Assembly: GCF_052425735.1 (NCBI RefSeq)
Contig: NC_135769.1
Coordinates: 31,000,001-31,064,000 of the forward strand
Origin: Oculina patagonica
Taxonomy: Eukaryota
DNA: 64,000 nt
Direction: 5' to 3'
Position numbers and translations under genes: made by a program. Below the pieces are notes generated by a model. That model was given only the letters and a program-made list of their open reading frames with translations. It was not told where the DNA came from and did no database searches. Positions 13,649 through 25,011 of this stretch are shown here, one piece after another (position 1 is the first letter of the stretch; each line of letters opens with the position of its first letter).

Positions 13649-13692
13649 GGGAAATTCGTCTGATCGCAGGTTAAAAAGCGTCGAAAGCAACA

Positions 13693-15216
13693 ATGTGGCC
13701 GGCCAATCTTCTGTCGCCGCTTTCAGTCCTTTTAAGTTTATGTGCTATTATAATTATTCGTATCCTGTATTTTGCTGTGCATTCTCTTGTGGATAAGGAG
13801 CACAATATTTGTGTCACGAGTATGGGAAAGCAGTCTCGTCGACTGGGATTCTTCGAAAGATACTTCCTGACTGTGGCGAATGATGGAAGCAACACTGGCT
13901 ACATTAACACGGTACTGTTATTGGAGTCTAAGGTAAAGCTTGATCAAGATCTTGTGAAGAAGGCTTTGCTAATGTTGCTAGAGCGATTTCCTTTGTTACG
14001 AATGCGTGTCACGGTTGACAAGTTCGACCAACCGTCGTTTGAGGAGATGGAAAACCCTGGTCGAAGTTTAGACTTTGTACATTTGAATCAGGCAGATGCG
14101 ACGCAGTGGCTGCACGATTTCCAAGAACAAATTAATGGTGCTGGCTTCAACACCGAGCAAGGACCCCTGTGGCGCGTAGCCTTACTGCGAGAAGCTTCTG
14201 AAGATACAGAACAAGGAAATCGTTACAAAAATACACTGCTTTTTACCTTTCATCACGTTATCAGTGATGCCCTTTCTGTTTTAGAACTGAAAAATAAACT
14301 GGTCGAATTTCTTGGTTTGCTCCACAAAGGTGACGCCTTCGAAATTAAAAGCTTGCCTCTTCGAGTCCCGATCGAAAGCATGATGAAATTGACCAGCCCA
14401 GGTATCTGGGAAAGGTTTATGATCGCCTCTGCCTTAACTTTAGGCAAACTGAGAGTTTTGTTTTGCAAAGCAAAGCCAGTGAATTTATATTTATTGAAGT
14501 TTCCTCCATCTAGAAGTCATTCTTTGGCGCAGAAGACGTACGTAGTACCTCGAAACCTTACCAGAGAGGAAACAATGACGCTAATAAGATGCAGTAAAGC
14601 CAACAATTGCACAGTTCACGGCGCACTGACTGCTGCGACTTTTTTAGCCATGTCACACATTCTAGATGATCCCGAAACCCCCCTCACGAGTAGTTTCACC
14701 ATCAACATTCGGAAAGAATGCAAGCCAAAGGTTGAAAACGAGGAATTCGGAATATATTGTACTTTCAGTTTACTTCAAATGACGGTGAATTCTTCCACCA
14801 TGAGAGGGGCGAATTTTTGGCAGTTCGCACGCTCATGCACTCGCGAGGTTCGCAGCCTTATTGACTCAGGGCAGCACCATGGCGCTTTGAAGTTTTTTCA
14901 GTGCGTGAACATACCATCGGTTTTGGCTCTTTGGCGTTATGAAACTCACCATGGCCTCCGGAGAGAATTATTCAGTTTAACCAATGTTGGTTCCCTGTCT
15001 ATAGATCAAGAAGAAAAATCTCCCTACAAGTTTGCTGGTTCATATCTTGCCACACAAACCGCACAAGTATGTTACGTCTTCGGCAACAATATTTTTACAG
15101 TCAACGAGCGCTTGTACTGGACAGTGGAATATTCTCCTGAGATCACAGCCAAATCTCAGGCAGAGGATTTTGTGGATTTGAGTCTTCGTATTCTGAAGGA
15201 TGCTTGCGCCTCGTAA
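13693..15216 (+). CDS. Intronless CoA-dependent acyltransferase of the condensation-domain / alcohol acetyltransferase / PapA5-like fold with N-terminal membrane anchor (507 aa)
   Basis: Hydrophobic N-terminal helix. RRLGFFERYF start motif, ERFPLLRMR, GPLWRVALL, catalytic-type FTFHHVISDA (HHxxxD), CTVHGALTAA and LTNVG are typical of stand-alone condensation/AATase proteins. Confidence 0.82.
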   Translation: MWPANLLSPLSVLLSLCAIIIIRILYFAVHSLVDKEHNICVTSMGKQSRRLGFFERYFLTVANDGSNTGYINTVLLLESKVKLDQDLVKKALLMLLERFPLLRMRVTVDKFDQPSFEEMENPGRSLDFVHLNQADATQWLHDFQEQINGAGFNTEQGPLWRVALLREASEDTEQGNRYKNTLLFTFHHVISDALSVLELKNKLVEFLGLLHKGDAFEIKSLPLRVPIESMMKLTSPGIWERFMIASALTLGKLRVLFCKAKPVNLYLLKFPPSRSHSLAQKTYVVPRNLTREETMTLIRCSKANNCTVHGALTAATFLAMSHILDDPETPLTSSFTINIRKECKPKVENEEFGIYCTFSLLQMTVNSSTMRGANFWQFARSCTREVRSLIDSGQHHGALKFFQCVNIPSVLALWRYETHHGLRRELFSLTNVGSLSIDQEEKSPYKFAGSYLATQTAQVCYVFGNNIFTVNERLYWTVEYSPEITAKSQAEDFVDLSLRILKDACAS

Positions 15217-15456
15217 ATTGCTTACGGTGCAGACTATATCATAAACTGGCAACCTCGTTTCCGAGGTTGATAAACTTGGCACCAAGGTCGGGCTGCTTGT
15301 GTTGCCACATTACTTACGGTGACTATTAATCATAAACGTATTGTATTTTGTATTCATCAGTATTTTTTTTTTGTATTTTTTTCCTCGACTTCATGTTAAG
15401 CTACAACAGGTTATGATTGTTACAACATAGAAAGAAATGGAAAAGGACCAGATAAA

Positions 15457-15916
15457 CAGTGCCGTAGCAAGGGTAAAATAAGTGGGGGGGGGGGCACGCG
15501 AGCGCCAGAGGCGCGAGCCGCTAGGGGGTTCTGGGGGCATGCCCCCCCCCCCCTAGAAAATTTTGAAATCTAGAGGCTTGGAAATGCTATTTTCAGCGTT
15601 CTCCAAGAGCTATTTGTGATTTACGCATATCGCAAATGTGAGACATTTTTGAGACATTTTTGAAACATTTTGAGACATTTTTTCACATTGTTGTCACGAT
15701 TTCTGGTTTGTTTTAGTTTTTGGCTGTTTAATATTTTTGTGCATCACCATACGTATGTTAAAAAATGAAAATAAGTACAAATGTTATTGTTTCAAACCTC
15801 TCGGGAGATAAAAATTTATTTTCAACATTTTATACAGGACTGTTTTTACTTTTTGGCAAAAAAACTGGGGGGGCACGGGCCCCCCCCCCCCGGCCCCTCC
15901 CCTTGCTACGGCACTG
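15457..15916. mobile_element. hAT-like MITE with apparent 6-bp TSD
   Basis: TIR CAGTGCCGTAGCAAGGG / CCCTTGCTACGGCACTG; GATAAA on both sides. Confidence 0.8.
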
Positions 15917-16359
15917 GATAAAGTAAAATGGAATCCGCCAGGACTTCGAGTAGTTATTAGACAAAATTATGTATACCAAAACTATTACCATTTATTGCAA
16001 GCTTGTGTGTTACTGCTTCAAATATCTTATCAAAAGAAATCTTTTCTAACAACACCAAACATCGAAAACCAATTTCGAAAATGACGTGAGCTTTGCCTAT
16101 AGCTTGTGAACTTTAAATTTCATTTTCATGACTCTGATAAGAAACTGTTGTTGGTGTTATCACCGATAATTACTTACATCTTTACCTTTTATTAAGGGTA
16201 GGAAATAACGCAATAGGATTTAAATTATTCTGGTACTCGATTTTCCTGGTTGGTTCTGGCTTAATTATTGCCCTTAACTTTGAATTAAATTACATTTTTT
16301 CCCAAAGATAAAAAGAAAACATAGTAAAAGAGAGGAACCGAGAAAACACAAAAGTTATA

Positions 16360-16914
16360 CAGTCAACTCTCTCTAAGACGGACACCGTCGGGACCGGCCC
16401 CAACTGTCCGTCTTAGAGAGGTGTCCGCCTTATAGAGAGTCGAGGTAACGTGACACTAGAAATTTTGAGACGATAAAGCTAAAACGGCTATGCACAACGA
16501 ATACACGTCTGTTTTTAGTCGCTTACGTTAGCAAAACGTGTTGTGGAACAAAAATAGTATCAGAAATTCGACTTGTTTGTTAATAACAAACGGTAATACT
16601 GTAAGTAGAAAACTAAATCTTAGAAGTAATGCGTTTTAGCGGATTGTTTTTGGTAAGTTTGGTATTCTAAAGGCGCTGATCTACTATTCTATATGTCGAT
16701 AACAAGTTTTGAAGTATTATTCACTAAAAAAATAACTTTATATGCGTGTCCGTTGGCGGTTTCAAAGTGTCCGTTGTCCGTCTTAGAGAGGTGTCCGTCT
16801 TACAGAGAGTTTTCTTACAGTAAAATGACTGAAAAACGGCAGGGACCATAACCAGGTGTCCGTCTTATGGAGGTGTCCGTCTTATAGAGGTGTCCGTTAA
16901 GACAGAGTTGACTA
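16360..16914. mobile_element. Tc1/mariner (pogo/Tigger-like) MITE
   Basis: TA|CAGTCAACTCT...AGAGTTGACTA|TA with internal GAGGTGTCCGTCTTA repeats; same family as 27700-28281. Confidence 0.8.
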
Positions 16915-18383
16915 TATAATGGTTACAGTGGGGCAGTGATTGATACTGAGCAAAATAATACTGGAAAAATGCTGACTCCCCTAACAGTATTGTACTGTTT
17001 TCTTTTTGCCTTTTTACTTATAGATATAGGAATATCATTCCAGTAGTAGCACCCAAAAATTGGGTGACAGAACTTTCTTGTATGATACATGTACTGCATG
17101 CTAACTAAATGACCAGGGAGGCCTGAAGGGGGTACTCGGGTATATTTTGGGTGGGTATGTACCGCCCGGGTTTCCAAATTAGGACCCCATTTTAGCAAGA
17201 ATTTGCATTCACAATGTCGCGACCAATTATCAACGACGCGACTACCCAACTTAGGTACACAAAGCAAGAGTTTCTCGGGCACTTAAAATTTCGCAGCAAA
17301 AACAGTGTTTTAAATTTTTCGACCAATTACAAAACGACGTGACTCTGAACTTAGTACTCACAGAGAGGAATTTCGTCGGGCACTTTTTAAATTTTGCAGT
17401 AAAAACGGTGAATAATTCCTTTGCGATGAATAATTCCTTTGTTCAATCTGTTTAAGATCATTTATGAGGTAGCCTCGGCATGCTACACTTTTGGAAAACG
17501 TATCTCTATTCTCTGATTAAACAGTTCTCATTGGCATTTTATCGAAAGCTCTCTTATGTCGATATTTCACATAAACATCGCGACAAACAACTCAAAAACA
17601 ATTTTCCATTATTCAATTTTTAGGATTGTTAATTTGTTTATGAGAAATCATGCAGCAAATTTTTGTAAACGTAATTTGGCGTCTAGGTTTCCTGCCGAGT
17701 GTTTGCAACCACCTTGAAAGAACATGCATTCAAAACATCAAGAAACATTATGACTACAGGGATTAAAAAATTAACGATGTACTTAAAATTCTTAAAAACA
17801 AGAAAGGACCGTCTCTTGGTAAAAACTGTTTGACATGGTGGATCTAAGCCGTTAGTCACTTTAGCAAGAAAATGGGTTTATGAATTTTATCTACAACCTT
17901 TTGTGATAGCATTGAAAGTAATAATGCACAACGAAAGAAGAGTCAACTAAAATGGAAGCTGCAAAGATAATAGATTGTTTCGATCATTTTGAGTGTTTTT
18001 CATTATCAAGCTGTGCTTCATAGCTTGTGGGGAAATGTTTGAAATAAACTTTTGAATTTCTCAAAGTGATGTCTTCTTTTCTTAGGAATAAAAATATGTT
18101 AAAAGACTCCAAAACCACTTTAACAAATGGATCAACTTCAAATTCACGATAAAGGCCGTTTGTTACATCGACTTTATGTACTTTGTTCTTAACTGGTTCT
18201 CCTTTTATTTTTATCTATGATTGAAACAACTAAATTCCGGTGTGTTATCGTAAAAATCAAGTTGTTTCCATTAGCAACTTAACCAGGTGTGAAAATAACA
18301 TCGTCATTGATGCCATTTGCATGCTCTCAGGGCAAAATAAGTTTTTAGATCGATGTTTAGAGAGTATCTTTCTTTATTTAACC

Positions 18384-19478
18384 ATGTTAAGCTCCGGTCG
18401 ATGCTCGTCTTGTTCGTTAGCTCTGGGTGATGGGCCAGACTTTTTAGATTTTGCTGTTAATGAGCCTTTTGTGGACGAAGAAAGTGAGTTTATGTTTCCT
18501 GTTTTGGAAGAGAGGAAATGTGGCGTCCACGCGAACGATCATAATGATGCGAAAAAGGAGTTTCATCGCCTCAAGAATAGAGCTGCTCAAAATTCTCCTA
18601 CATTGCAAGAACGACGAGGGCATGAAAGCAGAAGCAAAAAACAACTCGCAACAGCAGAGAAGATGGATTCATTTGGCAATAATGAACGGAAATCGAGTAC
18701 AGCCCAGAAACTTCCTACTTCTGAACAAGGAAAAACATCTGCTTCGGAACTGAACAAAGGCAAAACTACAGAGATTTTGGATTTAAAAAGAAAGGATAAA
18801 ATTCCCGAAGCTCGAGGAACATTTAAAGAGTTCGAAGCCGTGACTAAATCTGCAGCAATGTGGAAAGGTCGTGTCTTTACTGAAAGACATTACCCCGGAA
18901 TGGAAATATCACTGAACAGAAATAAGAGGACTTCTGTACGTAAACTGGGAAATTGGTCTTTGTTAGGTAATATGCCTAAGGACAAAGACAAATACTTTTG
19001 GAATCATAGAAAGTTGGGATTTTACGACATTGCAACGAATCTATATGCCCAAAAGAAAGAGTCTAAAATAGATTCGGGGCTGGATAGTTTAGATGAACGA
19101 AGTGGCGCATGGTGGCTTCAAAATACCGCGCGCTCTAACAAAACAGAATTGCCGCCAATCGATTTCGCTTCAAGCAGACGATACTCGTCTCACTGGATGC
19201 CACAAAAAAGCATTCCTTTACGTGCTGAAAACAACGTTTTTAACGAGTGCAGTAATTTTAAAGGAAGAAAACAATCGGATTTGAACAGTATTGCTTTGAA
19301 ATCAGTTTTGCAAACTCTTGATGCTACGCATTTGGATGGTCAAAGCAGAGCTGAATTACTCAAGCATTCTTTGTCTTCGTTGAATCGCAATAGTAAACAA
19401 GCGAATTTTAAGAAAAAAGCTTTACCCCTCGTGAAAAGCGCTCTTGCTTTCAAACATCACGGTAATAAGTCAGTCTGA
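18384..19478 (+). CDS. Intronless uncharacterized basic, Lys/Ser-rich protein (~364 aa from ACCATG; ORF open from 18240)
   Basis: 1.2-kb stop-free frame in AT-rich DNA with good start context at 18384; no recognizable domain. Confidence 0.6.
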   Translation: MLSSGRCSSCSLALGDGPDFLDFAVNEPFVDEESEFMFPVLEERKCGVHANDHNDAKKEFHRLKNRAAQNSPTLQERRGHESRSKKQLATAEKMDSFGNNERKSSTAQKLPTSEQGKTSASELNKGKTTEILDLKRKDKIPEARGTFKEFEAVTKSAAMWKGRVFTERHYPGMEISLNRNKRTSVRKLGNWSLLGNMPKDKDKYFWNHRKLGFYDIATNLYAQKKESKIDSGLDSLDERSGAWWLQNTARSNKTELPPIDFASSRRYSSHWMPQKSIPLRAENNVFNECSNFKGRKQSDLNSIALKSVLQTLDATHLDGQSRAELLKHSLSSLNRNSKQANFKKKALPLVKSALAFKHHGNKSV

Positions 19479-21246
19479 TCGAGAGAAAAGAAGGATTTGA
19501 GGCATTAATCTGTCGATCACTAAAGTCGCTATCAGATCTGCGCGCAAAAAGCAAAATACAAGTCGCGCTGATCGCAAAACTGAATTGAACCGATGGAGAT
19601 GTATATATTTTAAAACATAAAAGCATTAGTTTGAAAAAGAAAAATAGAAATAACATAGACAGGCCCTTTTTTTAATTTGCTACTTCGACCTAAGAGAGTT
19701 TACCAGTAATTGGTCAAGGAGTCTGATTTTGAGTTTTGAAATTCAGATTTGAGTATTTCACAATGTTAAAAGCAATTGCTGTCGAAAGCAATTTGCGCGT
19801 TTGATCATATTGATATGTAAAATTTGCGCACTATAAGTATTAAACTATTATTGCTTCTAAAAGGTTTTTGCTTTTTTGCTATCGAACGTTGCAGCAGTAA
19901 GATCATAATGAAAACGCGCCGCAGACTGCTTCCTGTGGGTGATATCTGATTTGTCATATCACATTATACCATTCTATATTGCAAATTTGTGTTTTTGTTC
20001 CGAAATAGGTATCTGTCAAGTGAAGCAAGCGTGATGTTAAACTGCCCATAATGAACTAGTCTTTCATCAAATCTGAGTCGGTAATCTTTTAAATCCTTCC
20101 CAAGTCGAGCATAATGCATTTTACACACCATGTAATCTTGGCTCTTTGAGCATTAGCAGAATTTAGCTTAAAGCGTCAAATGGCCAAAATTGGGTTCACT
20201 TTTAACGTAAATAGCCAAAGAACAAGAGATTATCTAAATCCATTTCGTTTGTCACCTGGTGACAAAAGATATCATTGAATGTTACTACCCTATATGACTT
20301 ACCTAATCCATTAAACTTAGATTCGGGTTAATGCAATTTATTGTTTTGTTAAAAACAGCATAGTAAGAAATGTGCCAAGAAATAGAATGCACTTGCAAAG
20401 CCCAGGCTTGTATGATTTTTTTTGGGGGGGGGAGGGGGTGGGGGAGGAACGGGTGTCTCCGCACCGTCTATAGTGGACTGATGGTTCAAAAGAAAATGGA
20501 AATTTTAAAAGACTGAAACAGTAGTGCCTGTACTCCAGTTCGCTAAGTACTCCATGTCTGAGTCAACTGGTTCGTCCAATAGACCAATCAAATGGAAATT
20601 AAGTTGTACGTGTTATACATCGTCTCGTCTTTATCAACAAAAAATCATCACGTCAGTAATTTTCATCAACATATTTACTCCTTTGGGTTGAAAACCTCTT
20701 AAATAAAGGGTCCGCCATTTGTAGATTTGTTTCGTGTCGGTGACGTGCACATTTTGACGGAATAAATATACCCATTTTAAGCATGTCCGCAGTCCATTAT
20801 GTGTTGTATGATTTGTTTAAAAACTAAGCTAATTATTGTCTACATTGCAAATTACATACATTTTTAATTAGAAAGTTGCATTCGCTTTTGGCTGCCTGGT
20901 TTCTTATCGAACTGGCTTCAAAACGCACAAAATGCTGTCACAGACAAACTAATTTTTCAAACTCCACCCCCCCCCCTCCCATCAGAAATCCTGGCTACGG
21001 ACCTTTTCTATTTCGACGTTCTGTGAATCTCAATTCCATTGCCATGTTCTTAAAATCCGATCCATTAAACACAAGGAACAGTGAGTTCTGTCAACTTTGT
21101 TTCTTCTAGACACTAGTATCTCGAGGTAACAAAACTGAAGAGTGGAAAGCACGGTTGCCTAATGTTTAGTGCGTTGTACTTTTGGTAGAACGGTCCGGGT
21201 GTATAAATGGACTGACCGGCGAATATATGTTTTATGGTTTCTATTT

Positions 21247-21548
21247 TATTAAATAGATTTAGCCAAGTCTAAAGGCGTAGCTCCCCGGTAATTTACTTTG
21301 CCCTTTATTTAAATGTCTGAATTCACTGACCAAGGCAATAAAAAAAAAGCCCGCGGTCCAATATTAAACTATTTTCCGGTCAACTTTATAAAAACATGTT
21401 TCCTCGATGAGGTAACATGTTTTTATAGCATGCCGCTAGCCGTGATGACCATGAAAACTCAAGTTCATGGTTTTCCTATTTCTGTGGATTTTCTATGGTT
21501 ATGGGGCTCCGCTCTGCGGCCCTTAAGGTCGCTGTGGAGCTCCGCTAT
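21247..21548. mobile_element. Non-autonomous element with terminal GC hairpin (Helentron/HINE- or Crypton-like); short copy
   Basis: Both ends shared with 52566-53752: TATTAAATAGATTTAGCCAAG... and GGGGCTCCGCTCTGCGGCCC...GGAGCTCCGCTA. Confidence 0.65.
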
Positions 21549-21920
21549 CAAGTTTTGTCAAATACTCGCCATGAAACTTCATGTTAGTGAAGAAATTAGT
21601 GCTATGGATCTGAATGACAAAAACATAGTTCCGTGAAACACATGTCTCCCAGTCAGATTTTGTCCATCCGTGCCTTGTTTTGTATTTGCTGTTATTGAAA
21701 TGTTCCCTCACTGTTTTAAGTGGTTATTTTGAAATTTCAACCAATTTGGAGGCCATTTTCTTATGTCTAAGTTTGCCTCCGTGCCACTCTTCCTTTAAAC
21801 TCCTCTTTGTAATGTACAGATCTGTTTGCATTGTTTCAAATTGTTTTATAATATTTATTGGGAAAAGTCTTTCTGCACAACTGAAATAATTCATAAATCA
21901 ACAAGCCACACAACGTTGTA

Positions 21921-22910
21921 TTAAACAGTTGTACATTTAGTTTCGGGATTTCGCCGATAACTTGACAAACTTGAAGTTTCTAAACTCTTCGAGGAAACTT
22001 CTCGTCTCATTAGTGATGCTCGATTCCCGGTCGCGTTTCGTCGGGTGCTGCTAAATATGCTCTTGGCGGCTTGTCTGAACTTGGGCATCTTTAGAGCAAA
22101 CAAGAAAGGGTTGACCAACGAATTACCGTAATGTAGAACTTTAGTAGCGTACACAGCTGTAATACTGACTGGCTGAAACATGCTTACTGTGTTCAAGATT
22201 ATAAATGGCAGCCATGTTGATAGAGACGCCAGGGTTAAAATTGAAACGGTCACGTTCAAACGTCTTTCACGGCTTTGATTCAATCGCTTGGAGCTGAAAA
22301 ACAGGACTTTAGCCCAGATAACAATGTAAGCCAAGCTAATGACCAACAACTGAACGCAAACTACAGGCATCCAAGCGTACAACGAGATATAATCGTTTCC
22401 TAAATAGATTCTTATACTTGGAATGATGGCGGAGACAACCCACAGTAAAAACGCTACCACAGCGTAACTCGCGTCTTTCGTTGCTCTGTATTTGGCTGGA
22501 TAGAGCGTGGCGTAAAGTCTTTCAAGAGCAATTGCGGCGAGGAAAGCAATGGAAGAAATCCCTGAAAACATGTCAAGGAACAAACTAGCAGTGAAAAGAA
22601 TGTCTTTGTATTTAAAACTCCACAAGTCATAATATCCCCCCAAGATGTAAACAAACAGCGGTTCTGCCAAGGCTCCTACTAGAAAGTCAGCAATCGCTAA
22701 GTTCATAAGGAAGTAATGGCGATGCTGCCTTCGCATGTCACGTGTTTTGGCGAAGACGGTAATGATGAACAGATTTCCAATTGCAACAACCACAGCTTCG
22801 GCAGCAAAACTGGTACACCAGGCCTTGACTTCCGAAGTTGGCACGTGACTTGATGTTACCATAGCGATGGAGTTGTTGAGTTGTTTTGATTGCGAAGAGT
22901 TGTTTGCCAT
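21921..22910 (-). CDS. Class A (rhodopsin-like) orphan GPCR, single coding exon, paralogue 1a (329 aa)
   Basis: 7 hydrophobic segments with GN, LAIAD, ERLY, TWLPF, NPFLF. Putative 5'UTR intron (donor ~24272, acceptor ~22935) is mirrored in paralogue 1b. Confidence 0.93.
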   Translation of the reverse strand: MANNSSQSKQLNNSIAMVTSSHVPTSEVKAWCTSFAAEAVVVAIGNLFIITVFAKTRDMRRQHRHYFLMNLAIADFLVGALAEPLFVYILGGYYDLWSFKYKDILFTASLFLDMFSGISSIAFLAAIALERLYATLYPAKYRATKDASYAVVAFLLWVVSAIIPSIRIYLGNDYISLYAWMPVVCVQLLVISLAYIVIWAKVLFFSSKRLNQSRERRLNVTVSILTLASLSTWLPFIILNTVSMFQPVSITAVYATKVLHYGNSLVNPFLFALKMPKFRQAAKSIFSSTRRNATGNRASLMRREVSSKSLETSSLSSYRRNPETKCTTV

Positions 22911-23265
22911 GGTCGTTTTAGTGCTTTACAGTGGCTATAGATCACAGAGAAATAAAAGAGTTCGTTTAAAAGACCGTGTACTTTGATAGTTGACTCGGCG
23001 CTTTACCCCTCGCTAAGTGTCAACCGATAAAAACCACGACCACGCAGTCTAATTGTATTATAATACCTTTTTTATATTAAGTTTAAGCGCATAAAATCTT
23101 GCCTGAAGCGATTGCTTTTAGAATCATTAAAAAAATTTACTCATGAGTTAATGAAAATTAAGGCGCTGCCTCTTTTGCAAGCACTCGATCGTAACACGAG
23201 TGTAGTCGAGTAAAACACTACAATACAATCTTGCTAAGAAAAGCATCTGCAATGACAGAAAATGT

Positions 23266-23778
23266 GAAATGTAGTAAATAACAAAGATGGAAAATTTTAA
23301 GCTCAGTGATAAATAATGAAGATTAATTTTTCAACAATGACACGAGCATGGGACGAAGGAAAATTCTGAGTTCCCGACGGGAATTGAACCCATATGGCCT
23401 CCCAGATACTGGTTGGGCGCTCTAACCAACTGAGCTACGAGAGACTCGTGGTGAGCTGGGCCATTTACTAGGTTGTGAGCTGGGCCATTTACTAGGTTGA
23501 AAAATAAATCTTCATTATTTATCACCGAGCTTAAAATTTACCATCTTTATTATTTACAACACACTTGATGATTTCGACATTGCTGATCCTAGCAGTATGC
23601 AGGACGCGTGTCATATATCAACCTAGTAAATGGCTCAGCTCACCACGAGTCTCTCGTAGCTCAGTTGGTTAGAGCGCCCAACCAGTATCTGGGAAGCCAT
23701 GGGTTCGATTCCCGTCGGGGACTCAGAATTTTTCTTTGTCCCCTGCTCGTGTCATTGTCGAAAAATTAATCTTCATTA
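23266..23778. mobile_element. tRNA-derived repeat present as an inverted, circularly permuted pair
   Basis: tRNA-like module on + at 23649-23722 (box A TAGCTCAGTTGG, box B GGTTCGATTCC) and on - at ~23368-23447. 24-bp direct duplication at the junction (23451-74/23475-98). Confidence 0.75.
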
Positions 23779-25011
23779 ATGTAAAATGTATTTGCACACT
23801 TAAAACGCATAAATTATCACAAGCAATTCATACTTGACTGAAGGCAAAATTTAAGGAAAAAAAACAGAAACGAGAATTAAAAATAATTGAAAACCTTGCA
23901 TAAAAGATCGCCTTTTGTCTGTTTACCTTCTAACACTGGCGATAGATTTACAGAAAATCTTCCACACTGCCAGCGCTAGCAATATTTTATAACCTTGATG
24001 GAAATTGAACTCAGAATTCCGGAAATAATTTTCCCTTCAGTTTATCGTACTTGAACCGGCAAAAGAAAAAAAAAAACCCGTATTTTTTTACCATAACCGC
24101 TCATCTTTGTCGTATTTAAATATCTAGTGTTTTATATTGTACTTTACGTGGGAAAAAAGCAACATTTCACAAATTATTTTAATTTTAACGAATTCCGTGC
24201 ATAATATATAGAGAAAGACTTTCTATCTTTTTGACAAAAAGAATGAATTTGAAAATGTCAGTTTTTACCTACCTGTTCTGTATAATTTGGTATTTTCTGT
24301 GATATTCAGATGGCCATGTCTATTCAATATACTCCTTTAATAAAGAGTGCAAACTCTCTTTGATGCAGACATTCTGGTTTATTGTGTCTGGTTTATACGT
24401 GTGCTTTTTAGAACAAAAAATTATAAAATCATATTTAATTCAGACCACGCCTTCAGAAATCACGCCGAGGCCTTTGAAAGATCGAAATTCAAAGGCTGAC
24501 TTGAAATGTCAGGTGATTGTCCAATCGGCGCGGTAACAACTATACTGTTAGTATTCGTATTTTAATGGGTCATTGTCTTTAAATGTACTCTGCTTTTCCG
24601 ACACAATACATCGACTAGGCCAAAATTAAATTATTAAATTCCAAATAGTCAGTGTTTTACACGTTGAAGTTAGGGCGATAATTTTGATGAATAGCAGTGG
24701 CGCAGAATTTCCGTTCTTCTAGCCAAAGTGTGAGGAAGAAGGAAATTAATTTTTCGATTTTTTTCAAATCAGTGGTAATGTTTTGGCTACATAAACGGCA
24801 GTCCTGCGAAAGAGGATGGGAAACCCTGCATGACGTTCCTACAAAATTTGTAAACTTTTTCATGCGTTTAAATTTAATACGTTTTAATAGGTGTTCATAT
24901 CCTTTTAGAGCCTTTTATTTGTACTGTGATTTAAAACGGATTAATTGCTCTGTGATATTTTTGAATTGACGATAATGGGTACCTTTGGTGAATCGACCAA
25001 AAAAGTACTGA

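Noticed and set aside
23649-23722. Functional tRNA gene
   Set aside because: The anticodon arm pairs poorly, and three copies share non-tRNA flanks, so it is a repeat.
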